Positions 10,267 through 18,395 of a stretch of 64,000 bases of DNA are shown here, one piece after another. Location of the stretch: assembly GCA_963742415.1 (NCBI GenBank), contig CAVULX010000004.1, positions 1-64,000 on the forward strand, written 5' to 3'. The translations under genes and the position numbers were made by a program. The notes under the pieces were generated by a model. The model made no database searches. It was not told the DNA's origin and saw only the letters and a list, made by a program, of their open reading frames with translations. Positions within the stretch are counted from its first letter, which is position 1; every line of letters starts with the position of its first letter. This stretch comes from an uncultured Parachlamydiaceae bacterium. Lineage in GTDB: Bacteria > Chlamydiota > Chlamydiia > Chlamydiales > Parachlamydiaceae.

Positions 10267-10677
10267 TCACTCCGTGATGGTCGGGGGCGCGGCCAGGAAC
10301 GGGCGCACCTCGAGCCACTCGTGGATCGGCTTCCCACCCGCACCCGGAGCCGCGGACAGCTCGCCGGCCAGCTCGAGCGCCCGCTCGTAGGTCTCGACGT
10401 CGATCACCATCCAGCCGGCGATCAGGTCCTTGGTCTCCGCGAACGGGCCGTCGGTGACCGGCGGCCGCCCCTCGCCGTCGTAGCGGACGAACGTGCCCTC
10501 CGGGGAGAGCGCCTGACCGTCGACGAACTCGCCGGTGCCCTCGAGCCGAGCGGCGAAGTCGTGCATGTACTGGATGTGGGCCGAAACCTCCTCCGGCGTC
10601 CACTGGTCCATCGGCACGTCGTTGACCGGTGCCGGCGCGCCCCGGTAGTGCTTGAGCAGCAGGTACTTGGCCATCAT
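10267..10677 (-). CDS. YciI/DGPF-family protein
   Basis: VTDGPFAETKDLIAGW...EVRP motif; immediately upstream of the ECF sigma gene. Confidence 0.9.
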   Translation of the reverse strand: MMAKYLLLKHYRGAPAPVNDVPMDQWTPEEVSAHIQYMHDFAARLEGTGEFVDGQALSPEGTFVRYDGEGRPPVTDGPFAETKDLIAGWMVIDVETYERALELAGELSAAPGAGGKPIHEWLEVRPFLAAPPTITE

Positions 10678-11007
10678 GTTCTCCTTGGTGCGGTACGGCC
10701 CATTGTGGCCGTGTTCACTCCGGGGACGGAGCCGCGCGCGGGTTCTCGACATCCCACCGCGACATTTCCTGGCGGACTCCGCTCAGCCTCGCCCACGTCG
10801 GGGTCACGGACGACCATGCCGTCGTAGAGCGAACGCACCTCCGCCTCCCAGTCGACCCGTAGCTCAGGCATCATCTCGTAGGTGCCGCTCGCCTCGAGAT
10901 ACTCGTCCGGGATGCCATCGACGACGTCCAGCTCGGCCCGACCGCAGATGAGCAAGATCTTGCGCAGGGCCAGCAACGGCAGGCCGGGCCAGGATCGCTT
11001 ATCCTCT

Positions 11008-11035
11008 ACTTTACATAATGTACATTATCGGCGCA
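11008..11035 (-). other. dif: dif-like XerC/XerD recombination site
   Basis: Minus strand TGCGCCGATAA-TGTACA-TTATGTAAAGT: 11-6-11 architecture matching the actinobacterial dif pattern (CGCCGATAA...TTATGTxAAGT). Confidence 0.8.
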
Positions 11036-11137
11036 TAAGCCAGACGAGTTGCTGTCCCGTCTCACAGAAGATTCCGCCCGTGACAGCGCGTCCGCGCAGC
11101 TCTGAACGCTTCTTGCGCTGGCCGGCCGGGACTGTCA

Positions 11138-11171
11138 CCCTCATTCCACTAAACTATTAGTGGAATGAGGG
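11138..11171. promoter_or_regulatory. Probable GntR/YtrA autoregulatory operator
   Basis: Perfect 15-bp IR CCCTCATTCCACTAA-acta-TTAGTGGAATGAGGG, AT-rich, just upstream of the gntR start. Confidence 0.75.
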
Positions 11172-11176
11172 ATTCG

Positions 11177-11566
11177 ATGATCGAGTTCCAGCTCGAGACG
11201 TCGGGCGTCGCCACCTACCTGCAGCTCGTGCAGCAAGTTCATCAGGCCCTGCGGATGGGCATGCTGGAGCCGGGTGACCGGCTACCGACCGCGCAGCAGG
11301 TAGTCGCCCAGCTGGCCATCAACCCGAACACCGTGCACAAGGCCTACCGGGAGCTGGAGCGCGAGGGACTGGTCCGCGCCCGCCCCGGTCTCGGTACGTT
11401 CGTTACCCGCCTGCCTTCCGGGACCGACCCGGCCGCGCAGGCCCGGTTCCTCGCTGAGCTGGCCGGCGGCCTCCGTTCGGCACGCGCGGCGGGCCTGGGT
11501 CCCGATGACATCGAGGCGATCTACCGCACCGCCTTCCGCGACTGCTTCGCCGAGGGAGTCGCATGA
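11177..11566 (+). CDS. GntR-family (YtrA subfamily) transcriptional regulator
   Basis: YLQLVQQV...LEPGDRLPT...INPNTVHKAYRELEREGLV...GLGTFV; short C-terminus; ATGA overlap with ABC gene. Confidence 0.92.
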   Translation: MIEFQLETSGVATYLQLVQQVHQALRMGMLEPGDRLPTAQQVVAQLAINPNTVHKAYRELEREGLVRARPGLGTFVTRLPSGTDPAAQARFLAELAGGLRSARAAGLGPDDIEAIYRTAFRDCFAEGVA

Positions 11567-12138
11567 ACGCCTTCATCGCGGCCAGCGGACTGGGCAAGCA
11601 GTACCGGCGGACCTGGGCGCTGCGCGACTGCACGCTGGCCATCCCCGAAGGTCACGTGGTCGGGCTCGTCGGCCCCAACGGCGCGGGCAAGACCACCCTG
11701 CTGCGCCTGGCCACCGGGATGCTCACGCCGACCCGCGGCACGATTACCGTCCTCGGCCAGCGCCCCGCGGCCGGCCCGGGCGGCGACACCTTCACGCTCT
11801 ACGGCAACAGCATCCCCGGCCAGCCCGGCGCCTGGCTCCTGTCCAGCGGCCCCGTCAACGCCGCCGGGCAGGCAACCAGCACCACCCCGGCCGCCTGCGC
11901 ATCGGTAGGAAGCACCGGCCCGGGCACGGGCGCGAATCAGGGCGCCAGCCCACAGGGGTCGACGACGGGCCCCGTCGCCTTCCTTGGCTGCCTGGCCAGC
12001 CACGGCATCCGGGAGGCCATCACCTACCAGCCCGCCAGCCGCTACTGGCGCTTCCAGGCCACCGAGACCGCGATCTACCTCGCCCTGGCGCTGGCCCTGG
12101 CCGGGTACTGCTTCCGGCGGCTCAGCCGCCTTTCCTGA
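11563..12138 (+). pseudogene. In-frame fusion of an ABC ATPase N-terminus to an ABC permease C-terminus
   Basis: Walker A GPNGAGKTT but no signature/Walker B; ends with permease-type YQPASRYWRFQATETAIYLALALAL. Confidence 0.75.
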
Positions 12139-12584
12139 ATGAAAAGGCCCGCCAACGAGAAACGGCCTCGCAGCCCATCTTCATGAGACAAGTAGCCCAG
12201 TCCGGCGCCAACCTCCCAGGTTCCTTGAGACTTCGAGTCAGCTCGTCTCAAAGAACCTGTCGTTTCCCAGCTCCTTCACCCGATCATTCGCCACGTCAAC
12301 TGAGAACGAACATCCTCGCCTTGCTGGCGGCACCGGCGCATGGGCGCAGCCCATACTTGCTTAAATCGGGATAGTTCCGATCGGCGCACCGGGAGACCTC
12401 GATGGTGGAGACCTCTCTGGTCTTCTCCCCGGTCACCCCTCCCCCGTTATCACATTGGCGGCAGCCATCGGGCTCGTACTGATCCAGGTTGGCGGGATTT
12501 CTCTTCACCTCAGCCGGGGCGAGGCAAAGATGATCGGGCTGAACGTCGTCCTACTCCTCCTGGCCGGCGCCGGAGCCTGCTGAT

Positions 12585-12905
12585 ATGAGAACGACAACGC
12601 TGTTGCTAGGTATCCGCATTACTGCGCTTGCAAGCAGGTCTAGGTTGTCGTATCCGCTTATCGACAGCTGGGATGCCGGGACTCCGTGAGCTTCAAGGAA
12701 TGTGGGGACGGCCTGGGCGCGGGCGAGGGAGAGCTGAAAGTCTCCGCTGGATCCGGCGGAGGCAACGGTGTAGCCAACACAGTGGTAATGGGGCCTGCAG
12801 GCAGGCTCCTGATTGCGCTCGCTGCGGCACTAGCCCACGATTTGAGGTCAGCTTCGACCGACTTACTGAGCCGGGACTGATCAGGCTGGAACGGCACTAT
12901 TGGGC
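12585..12905 (-). pseudogene. Degraded OmpA-like (peptidoglycan-binding) domain
   Basis: PFQPDQSRLS... then, in another frame, VGYT...QLSLARAQAVPTFLEAHGVPASQLSISGY; ends approximate. Confidence 0.55.
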
Positions 12906-13104
12906 CATCGTCACAGCCGGGACCGTCCTTGCCGCGGACGGGTACGCTGACGGCCCCGCTCGCCTCGCCGCCCTAGGCTCCTGAGAACACGACGCTGCCC
13001 GCGGAGTACGCCGGCCACCTCGCCTGGTGTAGGGGAAACGTCCGTTACCCCGACACCGAGCTCGACGGCCTCAGCCACCGTCGGAAGGAGACAACTCGCG
13101 GGGC

Positions 13105-13125
13105 CTCGCAACTAAAGCCTGGTTC
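13105..13125. other. Junction between actinobacterial-type and chlamydial sequence
   Basis: Abrupt switch from very GC-rich to AT-rich DNA and in gene content. Confidence 0.9.
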
Positions 13126-13233
13126 TGGTCTAGATCATTTTTTGTCACTGAGCAGGAACGGACGATATTTCCGGTATTCTGAGGAATTTGCGGCTGATAA
13201 AGTATAATTTTCATTAGATGCGTAAGTTGATAA

Positions 13234-13357
13234 TTTGGAGTGCGGCGGCTTGCTGCATATGAATCAAGCTAAGGTAAATCATTTGTACCAGGCTTTCAGC
13301 CTTGGTAAAATGGTTTACCTTAGCTTGATGCGTATGCGTCAAGCGCCGCACTCCAAA
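13234..13357. repeat. ~124-bp imperfect palindrome (REP/MITE-like); may also terminate mip transcription
   Basis: TTTGGAGTGCGGCG...TCAAGCTAAGGTAAA...AGGCT-ttc-AGCCT...TTTACCTTAGCTTGA...CGCCGCACTCCAAA; half copy at 27484-27535. Confidence 0.85.
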
Positions 13358-13375
13358 ATTGGTAGCATGTGCGGT

Positions 13376-14224
13376 TTATTTTTTATTGGGTGCTGGAGTT
13401 TTGTCTGTATTTCCTTTTTCCTTTTCGTCTGTTTCCCCGCTTTCATCTTCGTTTTCGTCCTCGTCATCGCCTAAAGCGAGGGTGAGAGCTTCGTCTTCAT
13501 CATCCTCGTCCTCTTTTGGGGAAGATGCTTTGATGACTTCGACTTCGAAGATGAGCAAGCTATTGGGAGGGAAATGGCCCATGGTGCCATAACCGAGATC
13601 GGGATGGACAAACAGCCGCCGTTTTTCCCCCTCTTTCATCCCTTGAATTCCTTTGCTGAAACCTGGAATAGTTTGATCTAGGGGTAAAGTGATAGGGCTG
13701 CCGATCTCTTCCGAGCTTCCAAAGACAGTGCCGTCTAAAAGGGTTCCTTTGTAGTGAATCAGGGGGCTTCCACCTTCTTCAACAATAGGCCCATGACCTT
13801 CTTTTAAAATTATATATTGCAGCTTTTTAGGTTCTATGACCACTATATTAGCTTCAGAGGCATTTTTTTCTAAAAATTCGTTGGCGTTCTTCAAATTTTG
13901 TTCGGCCGTTTTATTAAATGCGATTTTTTGTAAAAGCATCATTTTTTCTTCATACTCTTTATCGCTCATCGGGGCCGGTTTTCCGGCTGCACCGTCGCGA
14001 ACACCTTTGATCAAGCTTTCCACGTCGAATTTAAATCCAGGTGAATTGATATTGCGGCCAATGAAATGCCCGAAAGCTTCAGATATTTTTATTCTATCTG
14101 CTTCGGTTACCTCTTGGCTACTTTCTTGCACGGCATTATTCGATGCTGTTTCAGCATAAAGTTGTACGCTTGTGGCAGCGCAAACAATCCCTAGCAATGT
14201 CAGTATGCGGTTTAATTTTTTCAT
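13376..14224 (-). CDS. mip: FKBP-type peptidyl-prolyl isomerase (Mip)
   Basis: Signal peptide, FKBP_N (ISEAFGHFIG), HYKGTLLDGTVFGSS...IPGFSKGIQGMKEGEKRRLFVHPDLGYG; chlamydial synteny with aspS. Confidence 0.93.
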   Translation of the reverse strand: MKKLNRILTLLGIVCAATSVQLYAETASNNAVQESSQEVTEADRIKISEAFGHFIGRNINSPGFKFDVESLIKGVRDGAAGKPAPMSDKEYEEKMMLLQKIAFNKTAEQNLKNANEFLEKNASEANIVVIEPKKLQYIILKEGHGPIVEEGGSPLIHYKGTLLDGTVFGSSEEIGSPITLPLDQTIPGFSKGIQGMKEGEKRRLFVHPDLGYGTMGHFPPNSLLIFEVEVIKASSPKEDEDDEDEALTLALGDDEDENEDESGETDEKEKGNTDKTPAPNKK

Positions 14225-14293
14225 ACGTTATTTAGCCTCCTTATTAAATCAAAGCTACTCATACATAGTGTAACAGTTTATAAAATAGGCGAA

Positions 14294-16081
14294 TTAACTC
14301 CAAGGCAATTCACATTCAGAAGTTTCAATTTTCAATTCCTTCAGCTGTTCCCTGGCTACCGAAGAGGGGCTCTCCAACATCAGGTCGCTGGCTCTTTGAG
14401 TTTTTGGAAACGCGATCACGTCCCGGATGTTTTCCGTATCTGTCAAGATCATCATAATCCGATCAAGGCCGAGGGCGATCCCCAGGTGGGGAGGAGTGCC
14501 GTAAGAAAGTGCATCGATGAAAAAGCCAAATTTGGCATGTAACTCTTCAGGCTTTAACTTAAGGCATTCAAATATTGTTTGTTGCAATTCAGGATTATGA
14601 ATCCGTTGGGACCCCCCTCCGATTTCGTAGCCATTAAGGACGATATCGTAACCTGAGGAGCGCATTTTTAGGGGATCGGAATCTAGCAAATGGAGGTCAT
14701 CAAGATGGGGGGAGGTAAAGGGGTGGTGTTCGCTTTCCATCCTTTTTTCCTCATCATTCCAACTAAACAGGGGAAAGTCGGTGACCCAGAGAAACTCATA
14801 GTGCCCTTTCTTGATTAAGTTTCTTTCCCGTGCGATGTGGCGGCGTAGGTGGTCGAGACCCTGGTTGACTTTGGCTGGGAGGTCGGCGACCATGAAAATG
14901 AGGTCTCCATTGTCGATGTTCATCTGTTGGATCAATTCATTTTGCACCTCTTCGGGAAAAAACTTTACGATGCTTGAAGAGAGCTTATTGTCTTGCATCT
15001 TCATCCATGCCAAACCTTTGATCCCGAGCCGTCCGACAAAAGCTGTGTAATCGTCGATCATTTTCCTTGAGATGTCTGCTCCCCCTTTGACGGTGAATCC
15101 TTTGACAGTTCCCCCGCCTTGAAGCTGTTCGGTAAATACGCTAAAGGAGGACTTTTTGGCTATTTCATCGAGGCGATAGAGTTCCATCCCAAAGCGGAGG
15201 TCGGGTCTATCACAGCCATACTTTTCGATGCAAGTGGCGTAAGACATTCTTCGGAAAGGGGTGGAGATCTCAATTTCATTGATTTCTTTAAATAGCTGTT
15301 TGAGGAGCCCCTCAATAATTGCCATTAAATCGTTGGGGATGCCAAAGCTCATTTCGATATCTATTTGGGTAAATTCAGGTTGTCTATCGGCCCGAAGGTC
15401 TTCATCCCGGAAACAGGTGGCAATTTGAAAATATCGATCCATCCCAGAAACCATCAACAACTGTTTAAAAATCTGGGGTGATTGTGGCAAAGCAAAGAAA
15501 GCCCCTGGATAGATGCGGGAAGGTACTAAATAGTCCCGAGCCCCTTCAGGGGTGGATTTTCCTAGGATTGGAGTCGAAATTTCGAGAAAACCTTGCTGAT
15601 CAAGATATTGCCGTGTCGCTAACATAGCCTTATGGCGGCGGATGAGCTTTTGGCTGATATCGCCTCTCCGGATATCTAGGTACCGATATTTGAGGCGGAG
15701 CTCCTCATTCACTTCGATAAATTCATCGCAGATGGAAAATGGGGGTGTTTTGGCTTTGGAAAGCACTTCCATTTCGTCGACAATCACTTCGATTTCCCCG
15801 GTGGGTAGCTTTGGATTAGCCATCCCTTCTCTACGAGGGAAAACGGTCCCATGGATGGTGATCACCCATTCGTGGCGCAATTTTTCTGCAGCAGTGTGGA
15901 GGGTGGGATTTTTTTCAGGGTCAAAAACAAGCTGAGAGAGCCCGAACCGGTCGCGCAAGTCGATAAAAATTAATCCCCCGTGGTCCCGTCGACGATTAAC
16001 CCAGCCGGATAAAACAACTTTTTTGTTGAGGTCTGTTTTCCTTAGTTCGCCGCAAGTATGGGTTCTATGATAGTCTAGCAT
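14294..16081 (-). CDS. aspS: Aspartate-tRNA ligase
   Basis: RTHTCGELR, RRDHGGLIFIDLRD, ALPQSPQIFKQ, CFRDEDLRADRQPEFTQ, GTPPHLGIALGLDR. Confidence 0.98.
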   Translation of the reverse strand: MLDYHRTHTCGELRKTDLNKKVVLSGWVNRRRDHGGLIFIDLRDRFGLSQLVFDPEKNPTLHTAAEKLRHEWVITIHGTVFPRREGMANPKLPTGEIEVIVDEMEVLSKAKTPPFSICDEFIEVNEELRLKYRYLDIRRGDISQKLIRRHKAMLATRQYLDQQGFLEISTPILGKSTPEGARDYLVPSRIYPGAFFALPQSPQIFKQLLMVSGMDRYFQIATCFRDEDLRADRQPEFTQIDIEMSFGIPNDLMAIIEGLLKQLFKEINEIEISTPFRRMSYATCIEKYGCDRPDLRFGMELYRLDEIAKKSSFSVFTEQLQGGGTVKGFTVKGGADISRKMIDDYTAFVGRLGIKGLAWMKMQDNKLSSSIVKFFPEEVQNELIQQMNIDNGDLIFMVADLPAKVNQGLDHLRRHIARERNLIKKGHYEFLWVTDFPLFSWNDEEKRMESEHHPFTSPHLDDLHLLDSDPLKMRSSGYDIVLNGYEIGGGSQRIHNPELQQTIFECLKLKPEELHAKFGFFIDALSYGTPPHLGIALGLDRIMMILTDTENIRDVIAFPKTQRASDLMLESPSSVAREQLKELKIETSECELPWS

Positions 16082-17367
16082 GGTGTTTTGAATCCTTCTA
16101 TAACTTCATCCGCTATTTTTGAAAGTAGAATATTTTTGGCATTGCCAGAAGACATCTCCTTGAGATCGATCATCCCCGTCGCTAGTTCATCGTCACCGAC
16201 GACTGCCACATATTTAGCTTGAATGGAGTTAGCGTAATGCATCACTTTATTTAATTTCCTGCCGCTGAAATCCATGAGGGCAGGGATCCCAAGGCTTCTG
16301 ACTTCGTGGAGCAGTTTGAAGCAAGCTTGCGTCGCGTTGGCTCCTAAAGCGATAAGAAAGAGAGTCGGCTTTTGTAAAGAGGGGAGGGGGCACTCTTGCT
16401 TGATTATCGCTTGGATGACACGTTCAATTCCACAGCCGAACCCCATAGCGGGAAGATCGGGGCCGCCCAAAGTTTTAATGAGTCCATCATAACGGCCGCC
16501 GCCCACGAGGCTATTTTGAGCTCCCAGTTCCCCTGAAATGATCTCAAACACTGTTTTATTGTAGTAATCTAACCCCCGGACGAGTTTGGAATCGACCCGG
16601 TAAGGGATATTCAGGGTTTTTAAAAAATTGAGGACATGCTGGAAGTGGTCCTTGCTGGGTTCGTTCAAAAAGTCGAGAATTGAAGGGGCGTGTTCGACGA
16701 TTTTTTTATCCTCTTCATTTTTGGAGTCTAGAATTCTGAGGGGGTTGGTTTCATACCGGACTTTGCTATCGGGGGAGAGTTTTTCGTAATGTTGGGCTAA
16801 ATAGTCAAGTAAGGCTTGCCGGTAGGCGAGTCGGCTGGGGAGGTCGCCGACGGAGTTGATCCCCACCTCAAGGTTTTTGAGGCCTAGTTTTTGGAAAATG
16901 GTGTAAATGAGGTCGATCACTTCCACATCTTGTTCGGGAGCTGATTGACCGATCGCTTCGACCCCGAATTGGTGATGCTGCCGATATCTTCCTGCTTGGG
17001 CTCTTTCGTAGCGGAACATCGGTTCAACATAAAATAATTTTTGCGTCGGAGATTCATTGTAGAGTTGATTTTCGATGAAAGAGCGGATCGCCGGGGCGGT
17101 TCCTTCAGGGCGGAGCGATAATGAGCGACCACCCCGGTCCTCGAAGGTGTACATCTCCTTCGATATGATATCGGTAGTTTCCCCTACGCCTCTTTGAAAC
17201 AGTTCTGTACGTTCGAAAAGAGGAGTGCGTATTTCATGAAAACCGTAAGCGTGCGCTGTTTCACGCATGACAGATTCGACATATTGCCAAAGGTAAGAAC
17301 TGCGCCATAATTCCTTTACGTTGTGTGGAATGATGTCAAAAACTCCTGGAGGAATAGAAACAGTCAT
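16075..17367 (-). CDS. hisS: Histidine-tRNA ligase
   Basis: KEMYTFED, LRPEGTA, FRYERAQAGRYRQHHQ, LVRGLDYY, GGGRYDGL. Confidence 0.98.
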   Translation of the reverse strand: MTVSIPPGVFDIIPHNVKELWRSSYLWQYVESVMRETAHAYGFHEIRTPLFERTELFQRGVGETTDIISKEMYTFEDRGGRSLSLRPEGTAPAIRSFIENQLYNESPTQKLFYVEPMFRYERAQAGRYRQHHQFGVEAIGQSAPEQDVEVIDLIYTIFQKLGLKNLEVGINSVGDLPSRLAYRQALLDYLAQHYEKLSPDSKVRYETNPLRILDSKNEEDKKIVEHAPSILDFLNEPSKDHFQHVLNFLKTLNIPYRVDSKLVRGLDYYNKTVFEIISGELGAQNSLVGGGRYDGLIKTLGGPDLPAMGFGCGIERVIQAIIKQECPLPSLQKPTLFLIALGANATQACFKLLHEVRSLGIPALMDFSGRKLNKVMHYANSIQAKYVAVVGDDELATGMIDLKEMSSGNAKNILLSKIADEVIEGFKTPC

Positions 17368-17482
17368 AAATTTTCTCTCTTAACTCAGGTTCTTAGGCTT
17401 GTGTGAAAAAAATGATACCCAAAAGAAGAATTTGAAGGAAGGGGAACTTAATTTTACCGGCTTTAGAGAACAGAACACTTTT

Positions 17483-18370
17483 TTATCCTTTTTTGGATGT
17501 CATTTTCTTTTTGAATTTGGGGATAAAGCGATCCATGATCGGGTCAAACTTGGCGTTGAGCTCATCGCAGGAGCGGATGAAATCCTCAAGGGTGCTTTGA
17601 GGATAAATCCGTTTAATTCTTGGATATTTGCACTCCCGCAAGTGCGTTTCATCGCCAGTGTAGTAATGGTTTAAGCGGATGGTATTGACAGACACATAAG
17701 GTGTTGAATCGAGTTCGTAGCGGACAGCATCGGCATTGACTTGAAAACCTTGTTTAAAAAACACCCAATGGGGGTTGATGCAATGACTTGTAAACTCAGG
17801 TCTAATGATCGATTTTGCAGTTAAATTCCGCTTATGATGCGTGGCAGCCTTATATTGAAGCGCTTCGATCATGAGTTTGTCTGGGGGAATTTGTTGGACA
17901 TGGGAAGTCCCGTAGCATTGCCAGTTGATCCCCAATCCTGAATAATTTTCATACTTTTCGAGCAATTGGGGGAGATGAGGAGGCTGAAGGGGGACAATAA
18001 ATTCATCTAGGTCGATCAAGGCCAGCCATTTGACTTTGCCCCTTGTTTTTTCGATGGCATCTTGATAAGCGGAACATTGGATCGAATTCCATTCGGTGAT
18101 ATTGCTAAAATTGCGATTCCAATCAAAGAGTTCAACTACCCCCTTTTTGATGTAGGGGGAGAGGACTTGCTTATAGTGATCTTGACTTCCATTATTATAT
18201 AAATAGAAATGATCGACGCCGATGAGCCGATGGAATTCGATCCATTCTTTCAAAAAGCAGGCTTCATCTTTGAAAATGGCGCAAATGGCCACGTTGTGTT
18301 CATAGGCGGACGATAAATTTGCAAGGAGCAAGAAAAATAGCAGAGTAAATTTTTGCATGGTCAATCTCAT
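17483..18370 (-). CDS. Glycosyltransferase family 92-like protein
   Basis: Signal/anchor, ICAIFKDEACFLKEWIEFHRLIGVDHFYLYNNGS, WLALIDLDEF, KSIIRP, RLNHY. Confidence 0.85.
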   Translation of the reverse strand: MRLTMQKFTLLFFLLLANLSSAYEHNVAICAIFKDEACFLKEWIEFHRLIGVDHFYLYNNGSQDHYKQVLSPYIKKGVVELFDWNRNFSNITEWNSIQCSAYQDAIEKTRGKVKWLALIDLDEFIVPLQPPHLPQLLEKYENYSGLGINWQCYGTSHVQQIPPDKLMIEALQYKAATHHKRNLTAKSIIRPEFTSHCINPHWVFFKQGFQVNADAVRYELDSTPYVSVNTIRLNHYYTGDETHLRECKYPRIKRIYPQSTLEDFIRSCDELNAKFDPIMDRFIPKFKKKMTSKKG

Positions 18371-18395
18371 TTGGTTTTCGATTTCAATTGATATT

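Noticed and set aside
435..10827. Many long overlapping ORFs in the GC-rich part (e.g. 484..1509, 1347..2411, 3866..4870, 9239..10390)
   Set aside because: Shadow ORFs of real genes, expected in high-GC DNA; Arg/Pro/Gly-rich with no motifs
10674..10976. Coding-like fragment left of the dif-like site
   Set aside because: Plausibly a gene remnant, but I cannot assign a family or boundaries
13105..13130. Horizontal transfer between an actinobacterium and a chlamydia
   Set aside because: No integration signature at the border and no sign of amelioration; contig concatenation is more parsimonious
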